Positions 38,081-46,928 of a stretch of DNA of 64,000 nt are shown one piece after another. The stretch comes from an uncultured Alphaproteobacteria bacterium (GTDB taxonomy: Bacteria; Pseudomonadota; Alphaproteobacteria; RF32; CAG-239), in assembly GCA_910576955.1 (NCBI GenBank), contig CAJTJB010000004.1:712-64711 (forward strand), in the 5' to 3' direction. Below the pieces are notes generated by a model. That model worked only from the letters and a program-made list of their open reading frames with translations, had not been told where the DNA came from and made no database searches. Positions within the stretch are counted from its first letter, which is position 1; every line of letters begins with the position of its first letter. The position numbers and the translations under genes are program-made.

Positions 38081-39022
38081 TCCGGCGTTTTTTTGTTTGT
38101 TTAGTTTGCGCGGGCGCTGTTTGGGGGGAAACTTGAGCGAGGCAAGTTTATCCCCGAATGTTACCCCGTTGACTTTGAGCGTGTCGCTGACCAGCTTGTT
38201 ATTGTCTTCCGGCAGTCTCGTTTGGTATCCGACAGTGTTTATGCTGCCGAGGGCAATTTGTGTCAGGTCTATGGACGGGACATCTTCGGAAACTTTTTCC
38301 AGCGTGATATCCGCGCATAACAGGCGGGCTTCAAAATCGCGGCGGTTCTTGACGGAGTTTACCTGTTTGCCATTTACCAAGCAGTGCCGTCTCATTTCTG
38401 TTGCGGCGGCATCAAGATATTGCTGGTCGCCGGTTTCTTTGTATTTGATGTAGAATTTGGAAAATCTGGTTATATTCCCTTGTTTTGTTTTTAAAACGCC
38501 CGCTCCGCAATTATAGCAAAAACTTACGACGGCGGCAATCTCTTGTTTAGACATTTTTTCGACCGGAAGCACTTTTTCCATTGTCGGATAAATTTTTTTT
38601 TCAATATATTTCAGCGTATATTTTTCTAATTCTTCCATCGAGGTTATTTTGGTGTCTTTGGTGACAGGTTTGCCCTCCGGTGTTTGGGTTGAGCCTATGC
38701 CGATGGTCCAGTAGCCAAATCCGTCATTGTAGGCTTTTAATTTGACACCCTCAAATTGCGCCAACAGGGGGAGGGTATATTCCAATGATGATATCTTTTT
38801 GCTTTCCCAGCTTTCGGGGATGTTTTCCGCTTGCGCTTTTTTGAGTGCGCGTTGTTCCTCTATTTGGGCGTTGTGCTTTTCTATCGACTGCCGGCGCAAT
38901 TCGTCTAAAATGTCTTCAGACTTTTTGGCGCTTATTGCCGCCAGCTGCTCGGCAATCTGCCGGTTAAAACGGTCTCTTTGCTGTTTTAAGTCGTCGAATA
39001 ATGTATCACTTTGCGCAGGCAT
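38075..39022 (-). CDS. GH24 (T4-lysozyme-like) muramidase-domain protein with N-terminal coiled-coil and C-terminal extension
   Basis: LAQFEGVKLKAYNDGFGYWTIGIGST aligns almost residue-for-residue with T4L catalytic region; EIAAVVSFCYNCGAG matches helix region. Confidence 0.75.
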   Translation of the reverse strand: MPAQSDTLFDDLKQQRDRFNRQIAEQLAAISAKKSEDILDELRRQSIEKHNAQIEEQRALKKAQAENIPESWESKKISSLEYTLPLLAQFEGVKLKAYNDGFGYWTIGIGSTQTPEGKPVTKDTKITSMEELEKYTLKYIEKKIYPTMEKVLPVEKMSKQEIAAVVSFCYNCGAGVLKTKQGNITRFSKFYIKYKETGDQQYLDAAATEMRRHCLVNGKQVNSVKNRRDFEARLLCADITLEKVSEDVPSIDLTQIALGSINTVGYQTRLPEDNNKLVSDTLKVNGVTFGDKLASLKFPPKQRPRKLNKQKNAGR

Positions 39023-39175
39023 TGCCGTTTCCTTTCTTCATAATATACCGCTATAATTATTGTAGCCTGATTTTCGATTTTATTCAAGTGATATTTTAGG
39101 GCGCTTTTAAATAAATTTAAACGTTTACGGCTTATGTTTAACACATTGTTTTTAAAATAACTATATGAGGCTGAT

Positions 39176-40093
39176 ATGTTTGCACAAATGATAAAAGCCG
39201 TGATGGCGGACGATGCGTCGGGGCTGAAAAAACTGTTGCAGAGCGGGGCGGATATTAACGCCGTTGACCGGCGCGGGCGCACGGTTTTGACAGAGGCGGC
39301 TTTTGCGGGCAAGACCGAGATGGTGAAACTGTTGCTGCAATTTAATGCCGATACGGAAATAGAAGATGATGACGGTAAAACCGCGCTGATGGATGCGCTT
39401 GTCGGCGGCAACGAAGAGTGCGCCAGACTGTTGCTGGCAAAAGGGGCGCGCGCCAACCGCATTGACGAAGACGGCAACTCGCCGCTGATATTTGCCGCAA
39501 GATCGGGCAGTGCGGAGATTGTGCGCTTTTTGCTGACAGTCGGGGCTAAACCGGACCTTAAAAACGAAGAGGGTAAAACGGCGCTGATTGAGGCGGTGCA
39601 GGCGGATAATGCCGCAGCTGCCGAGGCGCTTATCAAGTCCGGAGCAAAACTCAACATTCGTGACGATAGCGGCAAAACCGCGCTGATGTATGCGGTTAAA
39701 AATTATGATATTGCCCGGCTGCTGCTTGAGGAAAAACCGCAAATTAACGCCAAAGACGATGCGGGTGAAACGGCGCTGATGTCTGCCGCAGGCTATGGGC
39801 GGGAAGATATTGTTAAGCTGCTTTTGGAGTTTGGCGCGGACGCCTCGTTAAAAGATGAAACCGGCGAAACGGCGTTTGATTATGCCGCGCGCGGGCATTA
39901 TACGGAAGTTTGCGATTTGCTGAAAGCGGAAAACGGCAAGCACAAGGCGGCACGTTCCGAGTTTGAAGAGGCAGTGAAAAATCCCGCCGTCAAGCTAAAA
40001 AATCAGTCGCGGGACGACATCAGCCAGCGTATCAGGCAATTTAGCGAGCGGGCATCGCAGCAGATTAAAAATGTGAATTTGAAAAAGAAATAA
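39176..40093 (+). CDS. ankyrin-repeat protein (about 7 ANK repeats)
   Basis: Repeated G.TALM.A...G....V..LL..GA..N motifs (e.g. DGKTALMDALVGGNEECARLLLAKGARAN). Confidence 0.9.
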   Translation: MFAQMIKAVMADDASGLKKLLQSGADINAVDRRGRTVLTEAAFAGKTEMVKLLLQFNADTEIEDDDGKTALMDALVGGNEECARLLLAKGARANRIDEDGNSPLIFAARSGSAEIVRFLLTVGAKPDLKNEEGKTALIEAVQADNAAAAEALIKSGAKLNIRDDSGKTALMYAVKNYDIARLLLEEKPQINAKDDAGETALMSAAGYGREDIVKLLLEFGADASLKDETGETAFDYAARGHYTEVCDLLKAENGKHKAARSEFEEAVKNPAVKLKNQSRDDISQRIRQFSERASQQIKNVNLKKK

Positions 40094-40108
40094 CTTTGCG
40101 GAGAGAGG

Positions 40109-40873
40109 ATGTTTACGGACAGTCATTGCCATATTGAAGATGAAGAAACCTTAAAGCGCGCGTTTGCCGCGGGTGTGACGACCCTTTTAAACGCCGGCAA
40201 AGATTTGGACGAGGCGGCAGCGCAGCTCAAGATGTGTGAAACATACCCGAATGTGTGGACTTCCGCCGGTGTGCATCCGGACTCCGCGCCCGAGAAACTG
40301 GCTGCCATCGGCGTGGCGGAAATCGTGCGGGCGGCGGCGCATCCGAAAGTCATCGCTATCGGCGAATGCGGGTTGGACTATCATTATGGGGCGGATGTGA
40401 AAGAGGAGCAGAAAGAAATGTTTGCCCGGCATATCGAGGCGGCGGGGCAGACGGGGCTGCCGCTGATGATTCACCAGCGCGAGGCGGAGGCAGATATGTT
40501 GGAGCTTTTGCGCGTCGGTGCGGCAAAATTCGGCAGGCTTGCCGGAGTTATCCATTGTTTTACCTCCACGCCCGAATTTGCACAAGCCGTGAACGAACTC
40601 GGGTTTTACATCTCCGCGTCGGGGATTGTCACCTTTAAAAGCGGGGCAGCCGTGGCGGAAGTTTTTGCGCAATATCCGATAGATAAGATATTGATTGAAA
40701 CCGACAGCCCGTATCTCGCGCCTGTTCCCTATCGCGGCAAAACCAACGAGCCGGCGTATGTGGTGAAGACGGCGGAGAAAATTGCTGCAATTAGGGGCTT
40801 GACGTGTGAGAAAATCGCCCGTATAACTACGGATAACTTTTATAATTTGTATCATAAAGCACAGAGAGTATAA
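40109..40873 (+). CDS. tatD: TatD-family metal-dependent deoxyribonuclease
   Basis: DSHCH N-terminus, GECGLDYHY, conserved His/Asp/Glu metal ligands. Confidence 0.9.
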   Translation: MFTDSHCHIEDEETLKRAFAAGVTTLLNAGKDLDEAAAQLKMCETYPNVWTSAGVHPDSAPEKLAAIGVAEIVRAAAHPKVIAIGECGLDYHYGADVKEEQKEMFARHIEAAGQTGLPLMIHQREAEADMLELLRVGAAKFGRLAGVIHCFTSTPEFAQAVNELGFYISASGIVTFKSGAAVAEVFAQYPIDKILIETDSPYLAPVPYRGKTNEPAYVVKTAEKIAAIRGLTCEKIARITTDNFYNLYHKAQRV

Positions 40874-40887
40874 CGAAAGGCAAAAGT

Positions 40888-41673
40888 GTGTCTAAAGTCA
40901 TCATTTTAGGGGCAGGGGCTGCTCCGGGCGTGCCCGCGCTGGCAAACGGATTTGGCAACTGCGATGCGAAGAATCCGAAAAATATCAGACTCCGCAGCGG
41001 AACATATATGGAATTAAGCGGGGTGAAGTTTTTAATTGATACCTCGCCGGATTTGCGTATGCAGCTCATTCTTTCCGACATTCGCCATATCGACGCGGTG
41101 TTTTATACGCACACGCACGCCGACCATCTGCACGGCATTGACGACCTGCGCGAGATTAACCGCATCTCGGGCAAAGCCATAGAGCTTTTTGCCTCCAAGG
41201 ATAATCTGGCGGTTATCCGCACGCGCTTTCCGTATCTGATTGCCGATGATACCGCCAAAATTGACCCCGTGTACCGCGCGGCGCTGCATCCGAACGTGTT
41301 TGAATATGAACAGAGTTTTCACTTTAAGGGGCTGAAAGTGACGCCTATCCGCCTGTTGGGGCATAATGTGGAGTGTTCGGGCTATATCTTTAATGACGGC
41401 GAAGTGGTGCACATCTCCGATTTTCGCGAGATTCCGGAGAGTGCTCTCAAGCTTATCAAACGGCAGCCGGAGCTGTTGATTATGCCGCTTACCACGCCCT
41501 CCGGCACGCGGTTTCACGCCGGTTTGGAAGATTTGCTCGACTATGCGGAAAAGATTGACCCCAAGCGGGTGCTTATCAACCATATGGCGGTAGAGAGCGA
41601 CTATGCGGAAGTCTATTCCCACTGCCCGAGCAATATGCAACCGGCTTACGATGGGCTTACGGTTGAATGGTGA
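40888..41673 (+). CDS. MBL-fold metallo-hydrolase (PhnP/PqqB-like)
   Basis: HxHxDH motif YTHTHADHLHG, downstream His/Asp ligands. Confidence 0.8.
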   Translation: MSKVIILGAGAAPGVPALANGFGNCDAKNPKNIRLRSGTYMELSGVKFLIDTSPDLRMQLILSDIRHIDAVFYTHTHADHLHGIDDLREINRISGKAIELFASKDNLAVIRTRFPYLIADDTAKIDPVYRAALHPNVFEYEQSFHFKGLKVTPIRLLGHNVECSGYIFNDGEVVHISDFREIPESALKLIKRQPELLIMPLTTPSGTRFHAGLEDLLDYAEKIDPKRVLINHMAVESDYAEVYSHCPSNMQPAYDGLTVEW

Positions 41674-41679
41674 GCGGGT

Positions 41680-41845
41680 ATAGTCTTTTTTTGGGGGGCG
41701 TATAGCACCGGTCATTTCACGTCGGCGCTCCCTTATGTACCGGTTTTGTACACCGCGGTCGCGGCGGCGCTTCAAGCACCGGCACTCTCCGAACCCATTG
41801 CTACGCAGGCGTTGCCTGCTTATTATTAGGATTTTGTAGATAGAA
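41680..41845 (+). repeat. ~140-bp structured element ending in intrinsic terminator (GCAGGC-GTT-GCCTGC + T-rich); paralogous to 53462..53610
   Basis: Shared blocks CCTTATGTACCGGTTTTGTACACCGC / CTACGCAGG..TTGCC.TGCTT with compensatory changes in hairpin arms. Confidence 0.6.
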
Positions 41846-41866
41846 GAACGAAAGGATAAAAAGAAA

Positions 41867-42745
41867 ATGTTATGTATTTATCACATTGCCGACCATGACG
41901 GAAAAGGGTCGGCGGCGATTGTCAAATATGCGCACAAAGACTGTGAGCTTTTGGGGTATAATTATGACCAGGAAATCCCTTATGACGAGATTGACAAGCA
42001 CGATAAAATTGTAATTTGCGACATATCCTTTCCGATGGAATATATGTTTAAGCTGCATTCAGAAAAGGATGTGACGTGGATTGACCATCACGCCTCGGCG
42101 ATTGCGCAATATGACGCATATCTGGAAAAAGCCGGAGGACTCGGCATTAAAGGGCTGCGCGAAATCGGCAAGGCGGCAATTGAGCTGACTTGGAACTACT
42201 TTTTCCCTGATGTTGCCGTGCCCGAGGGCGTGCATCTTTTGGCGCTGAATGACCTGTTTGACCTGCGTGACAAGCGCGTGCGCCCGTTTGAATATGCGTT
42301 TCAGTCTTTGGGAGTTAACCGTCCCTATGACCGCTCGTGGAAAGACTTGTTTGAGGGCAAAACCGATATTGCGCTGATGGTCGAAAAAGGCAATGCGATT
42401 TTGTCTTACATCAAACACCGCGACTATCGCCTTGTGCGCAATATGGCATTTGAGGGAACATACAACGGGCTGCGCTATATCGCCGCGAATATGCCGCAGG
42501 CGGGAACGGACTTTTTCGAATCGCTTGATAATATTAAAAACTATGATTTTATGGTCAGCTTTTCCTTAAACAAGCGCAACCGCTGGAATCTTTCTTTCCG
42601 CTCCACGACCGAGGCGGTTGATGTTTCCAAAATTGCGGCGGCATTCGGCGGCGGCGGACATAAAAAAGCCGCAGGTGCATCAGGGTTGGTGCAGCTGCCG
42701 GAGTTTTTGAGAGTTGGTATTCGCGAATGGACGAAGTTCAATTAG
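41867..42745 (+). CDS. DHH/DHHA1 phosphoesterase (NrnA-like nanoRNase/pAp phosphatase)
   Basis: DHH motif region WIDHHAS, DHHA1 motif FGGGGHKKAAG. Confidence 0.8.
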   Translation: MLCIYHIADHDGKGSAAIVKYAHKDCELLGYNYDQEIPYDEIDKHDKIVICDISFPMEYMFKLHSEKDVTWIDHHASAIAQYDAYLEKAGGLGIKGLREIGKAAIELTWNYFFPDVAVPEGVHLLALNDLFDLRDKRVRPFEYAFQSLGVNRPYDRSWKDLFEGKTDIALMVEKGNAILSYIKHRDYRLVRNMAFEGTYNGLRYIAANMPQAGTDFFESLDNIKNYDFMVSFSLNKRNRWNLSFRSTTEAVDVSKIAAAFGGGGHKKAAGASGLVQLPEFLRVGIREWTKFN

Positions 42746-42748
42746 TGG

Positions 42749-42850
42749 CAGCGCCATCTGCATAACTTTGGATGCGGCGGTAAAAGAGAACTTGCCGCAA
42801 GTGATTCCTCCCCCCCTTGGAGGGGGAGGGTAGGAGAGGGGGAAAATATT
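42749..42850. repeat. repeat block (GTGGCAGCGCCA..GCATAACTTTGG.TGCGGCGG + CCTCCCCCCCTTGGAGGGGGAGG palindrome)
   Basis: Submodules shared with 19262-19310 and 55800-55830. Confidence 0.7.
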
Positions 42851-42871
42851 GTTGCCATATTTAGGAGCAGT

Positions 42872-43330
42872 GTGTTGGAAACGGATGAATACTATATGAC
42901 CCTTGCCTTTAAGGAGGCGAAGTTGGCGGCGGCGGAAGACGAAGTTCCGGTTGGGGCAGTGTTGGTTTCAGCGGATGGCGAGGTGCTGGCGGCAACGCAT
43001 AACACGTCCGAGCATGGGCTGCACGCGATGGCGCACGCCGAAACGGTGGCGATGAGCATTGCGGCGATTACGCTGGAGCAAAAACGCCTGTGGGACTGCA
43101 CGCTGTATGTGACGCTTGAGCCGTGCACGATGTGTGCGGCGGCGCTTTCAATGATGCGCATCAAGCGGCTGGTTTACGGCGCGGCAAACCCGAAAGGCGG
43201 CGCGGTTGAAAACGGCGTAACCTTTTTCCAATCTCCAGCCTGCAATCATAAGCCCGAGATTACCGCCGGTGTGATGGCGGAAGAATGCGGCGCGCTTTTG
43301 AGCGAGTTTTTTAAGAAAAAAAGGGCGTGA
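42872..43330 (+). CDS. tadA: tRNA-specific adenosine deaminase
   Basis: CDA fold H(A)E...PCxxC: HAETVAM, LEPCTMCAAAL. Confidence 0.9.
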   Translation: MLETDEYYMTLAFKEAKLAAAEDEVPVGAVLVSADGEVLAATHNTSEHGLHAMAHAETVAMSIAAITLEQKRLWDCTLYVTLEPCTMCAAALSMMRIKRLVYGAANPKGGAVENGVTFFQSPACNHKPEITAGVMAEECGALLSEFFKKKRA

Positions 43331-43345
43331 GAAAAATTAGCCAAG

Positions 43346-44533
43346 CTAGCGGTTTTTATTGAATAGATTTTTAATCTTGGATATAAAATCAGATTTTGGA
43401 GCTGTATGGTTGCGAACAGTATCAGGCTGCTTTTCGGCTATGCAACGGTCGGAAACGGGCGGCGGGTCTTTGAAGATAATTTTATTTCTTAAAATCACAT
43501 TGTCGGTGTTAATCTTGCTTTGTTGCATTTGTTGGGCGGAAGAAAAAATGATGGTTTCGGTACGGCTGAAAAAATCGGCATTTTCGCATTCAACCACCGC
43601 ACATTGCGAAACGTCAACAATTTTAGGGAGGTTTCGGGCATTATTAAGAAAGACGTGTGACCCTTTGCCGAAGGTGATTCTTTCGCCGTCTTGAAAATGG
43701 CTGTCACGCAGGCCGACAAGGCGACAGGGCGAGAAATCTATATCGGCAGAGATATTTTTAGAATTATTAAGATGTAATATGCCGTTTTTCGGGGCTATCA
43801 GCCGGGGGCTTGATATTAAATCACAATAATCGAAATAGACACTTTTGCATTGCGAGAAATCAAGTTCCTGCGGGAAAATGTCTGCGTTTTTGAAACAAAT
43901 ATCAACTCCGTTGCGGCAGATTATTTTTTTTAGGTTTGTTAAATCTGCATCATTCAAATTCACACAGCCACCCGAGAAGTCTAAAATCTGCGGCAGGCTT
44001 TTGCAATATTTCAAATAAACCTCCGCACCTTGTCTGAACTTTATTGATTTGAGGGAGGCAAGCTCTGTATTAGATAAGTGAATGCTGTTATTTATGCAAA
44101 CGAGTGAGGTGTTTGGGGGATAATCGGAGGCTTTGGGAATAGCGGCATAGGTGACATAGACGGCGATTTGATTTATGGCGGAGGCATAAACGACGTCTTG
44201 TTCAGTATCTTTTGTATAGTCATAGTTGAGGATGGCGTTGAGTTCGTCTTCAAAGCCGTGAGAGGTGGCGAGTTTTTTGGCAAGGAGGAGAGTGTCGGCG
44301 GGTTGCTCGCGGTGGTCAAATGTGGCAAGGATGATGTCTTTGAAATCGGCTTGTTGATCTTTAGGGAGATTGGCGATGAGCTGCAGAGTGTCGCTGATAC
44401 TCTTTTTGTGGTTTGTGGTTTCGAGGACTTGGCGTGCAACCTCGGGGGTAAACGTTTTTTCGCCACGTTTATAGGGGCGGAGAAAGTTCTCGGTGCGGAG
44501 CGGGTTTGATGGGTTGATGATTTCGATGAACAT
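43346..44533 (-). CDS. LRR-like repeat protein (effector-like), paralog A
   Basis: Conserved N-terminus MFIEIINPSNPLRTENFLRPYKRGEK; ~22/44-aa repeats of form L..L.F..GA.V.L..CK.LP..LD.S.C..V.L; low GC. Confidence 0.7.
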   Translation of the reverse strand: MFIEIINPSNPLRTENFLRPYKRGEKTFTPEVARQVLETTNHKKSISDTLQLIANLPKDQQADFKDIILATFDHREQPADTLLLAKKLATSHGFEDELNAILNYDYTKDTEQDVVYASAINQIAVYVTYAAIPKASDYPPNTSLVCINNSIHLSNTELASLKSIKFRQGAEVYLKYCKSLPQILDFSGGCVNLNDADLTNLKKIICRNGVDICFKNADIFPQELDFSQCKSVYFDYCDLISSPRLIAPKNGILHLNNSKNISADIDFSPCRLVGLRDSHFQDGERITFGKGSHVFLNNARNLPKIVDVSQCAVVECENADFFSRTETIIFSSAQQMQQSKINTDNVILRNKIIFKDPPPVSDRCIAEKQPDTVRNHTAPKSDFISKIKNLFNKNR

Positions 44534-44569
44534 TTTTGCTCCGGTTGGTTGAAATTGCTTTGTTGGTTT

Positions 44570-44700
44570 TCACCCTCTCCCTTACCTCCCCCCCCCTCAA
44601 GGGGGAGGAGATATAAGGATGGATGTTGTCACCCTCTCCCTTACTTCCCCCGCGCTGGGGGGAGGAGGTTAAGGATGGATTGTTGTTAGATGTATGGTAG
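44570..44700. repeat. two G/C palindromes upstream of LRR paralog A
   Basis: Near-identical to 46015..46140. Confidence 0.75.
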
Positions 44701-44747
44701 CATATTTGCGGGAGGATTGCAAGAGGTTTTGTTTCTGGGAATGAAAG

Positions 44748-45983
44748 TTAGCCATTGGTGTTGTGTTTGCGAAACAGCGAAGAGAAAAAGTTTGTCTTTT
44801 CGGCGTAGGTGATTTTGCCGTGCCAGTCTTTGGGAATTTTGAGTCCGCTTTCTTTTTGCTGCTGTTTGTTTTTGAATTTGATTGAGGGAATGTGGTCCAT
44901 ATCAAAATTTTTCAGTTCAACGTGTTCGCAATTTGAAAAATCCAGCGGAAAGTCTATGTCACGGCAGTAATTCAGGATGATATGGGCATTATCGGCAAAT
45001 TTGAGCGCTTTCAGGCGGGTTAAATCGGCACCGCTCAAATCAGCCTTGCGACACATTGAAATATCCGTATTTTGTGGGAGGGAACAATATTGCAAACTTA
45101 CCGTGCTGTCTTTTTTGAATTTGAGGGCGTTAAGGCTGGATGTTGTTTTGCATTGGTCCATATTTACTTCGTTACACATCGATACATCTAAATCAGCGGG
45201 GAGGTTTTTGCAATGATGCAATGAGATTGTGCTGTCGTTCTTAAATTTGAGGCTGGAAAAATTACTTAAGTTGTTATAGGATAAATTTATCCGGTTACAA
45301 GCGGATAAGTCAACCTCTTGAGGAAAGCCGGTGAGGTTGAATAAAGAAACGATTGCCCCGTCTTGGAAAAACAGTTTTTTGACACCGGAAAGGTCACTGC
45401 GGTTGAGATCGACCTCTTTTGCACTCGAAACATCAAAATCCGGCGGAAAATTCTTTGTATTTTGCAGGGTGATGGCGTGTGCGTTGGGAAATCTGATGCT
45501 GCGGACTTTTTTCAGGTTTTCGTAGTAACGATGAAAAGATTTTCCGGTGTAAATAATATCCGCATTATCAGGAATGGTGTGGAAATTATGATAATCCTCA
45601 AGAATATGGACAGGAGAAAAAGCGGCAGACTGGTAAAAATCGCTGTTTTGGCTGTAGGTGAAATTTTCGGCAGCAGAGATGTGGCGTTTCAGCTCATCCA
45701 GAAACGTTTTTTCAGAGCTGAATGTTTGTGCTATCATGGCATTTTCTGCCGGCTGGGCGCGGTGGTCAAATGTGGCAAGGATGATGTCGGCATATTCCGA
45801 ACGTTTTTCTATCGGTTGGTTAAGCACAAGACGGAGCATATCGCGGATGTTGCGCGGGTGGTTAGTCATTGTGAGGATTTGGCGGGCAATCTCGGGGGTA
45901 AACTCTTTTTCACCGCGTTTATAGGGGCGGAGAAAGTTCTCGGTGCGGAGCGGGTTTGATGGATTGGTGATTTCGATGAACAT
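44748..45983 (-). CDS. LRR-like repeat protein (effector-like), paralog B
   Basis: Same N-terminal block MFIEITNPSNPLRTENFLRPYKRGEK and repeat architecture as paralog A. Confidence 0.7.
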   Translation of the reverse strand: MFIEITNPSNPLRTENFLRPYKRGEKEFTPEIARQILTMTNHPRNIRDMLRLVLNQPIEKRSEYADIILATFDHRAQPAENAMIAQTFSSEKTFLDELKRHISAAENFTYSQNSDFYQSAAFSPVHILEDYHNFHTIPDNADIIYTGKSFHRYYENLKKVRSIRFPNAHAITLQNTKNFPPDFDVSSAKEVDLNRSDLSGVKKLFFQDGAIVSLFNLTGFPQEVDLSACNRINLSYNNLSNFSSLKFKNDSTISLHHCKNLPADLDVSMCNEVNMDQCKTTSSLNALKFKKDSTVSLQYCSLPQNTDISMCRKADLSGADLTRLKALKFADNAHIILNYCRDIDFPLDFSNCEHVELKNFDMDHIPSIKFKNKQQQKESGLKIPKDWHGKITYAEKTNFFSSLFRKHNTNG

Positions 45984-46014
45984 TTTTGCTCCGGCTGGTT
46001 GAAATTGCTTTGTT

Positions 46015-46325
46015 GGTTTTCACCCCCTCCCTTACCTCCCCCCTCAAGGGGGAGGAGATATAAGGATGGATGTTGTCCCCCTCTCCCTTACCTCCCCCGC
46101 GCTGGGGGGAGGAGGTTAGGGATGATTTGTTGTTAGGTGTAGTATAGCAGGTTTGGTGGAGGGTGTCAATGTTTTATCGTCATCGCTCCGAGTGTGAGTT
46201 CGGAAGAGCAGGGAGATCCCTTGTCGGCTTGCGATGCAAGCCGAGGGATGACGCCCAACTTGTTGGGATAAAAAAAGGACAGGCAAGCCGAGGGATGACG
46301 TCCAAGTTGTTGGGATAGAAAAAGG
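46015..46325. repeat. G/C palindromes plus two tandem GGGAGATCCCTTG-[CGGCTTGC..GCAAGCCG]-GAGGGATGACG-CCCAACTTGTTGGG units
   Basis: Conserved outer arms with variable inner palindromes; also at 10990, 19250, 23630, 51505, 55385. Confidence 0.75.
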
Positions 46326-46346
46326 ATGGAGGGGAAAATCTGTTTA

Positions 46347-46805
46347 TTAAGCGCGCTGGCTGTCTTTGGTTGTTCTCAACTTCGTATCAAGCGTGCGCGG
46401 AACAACCCGCTTTTTCTCGGGTTTGGGCTGCTCAATCTCAACAGCAGGCTTATTTTGGTGCATCGCAATTTGTGCTTCGGCCAGCCTTTGTGCAATCAAA
46501 TCCGGCGCAGTGTTAGATGCGGTCTGTTCGGCAGCATTTTCAAAGTTGACACGTTTGCCTTTGGCATCTGTGGTATAAACCGAGGCAACCTCGCCGTCCG
46601 GCGCATATTCAATGCCGATAAACGGACGCCCGTCTACAATCAGCTCGCGCGAAACCAAAACCGGATTTTTACTCACAAGGTCAGAGTAGGTTTCTTTTAA
46701 GCTGGCGGGAACAAGGTCTACCTTGCAATCGAAATATTTTTGCTTTTGCAGGTCTTCCACTTTGCTGAAATCAACTTTTTTGTTCATAACACAAATCCTT
46801 TTCAT
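46347..46805 (-). CDS. hypothetical protein
   Basis: ORF on minus strand; start uncertain (MKRICV or MNKKVDF). Confidence 0.45.
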   Translation of the reverse strand: MKRICVMNKKVDFSKVEDLQKQKYFDCKVDLVPASLKETYSDLVSKNPVLVSRELIVDGRPFIGIEYAPDGEVASVYTTDAKGKRVNFENAAEQTASNTAPDLIAQRLAEAQIAMHQNKPAVEIEQPKPEKKRVVPRTLDTKLRTTKDSQRA

Positions 46806-46928
46806 TACGTTTTCTTTAGTATAACACAAAAAAAAGCGAATTTAAAGAGTAAAAATAAAATTCGTTTGATTTTTTTTGTTTTTGCTGATATAAGGGGCGG
46901 GAAACGATATTTTAAAAGGATTTGCAAG

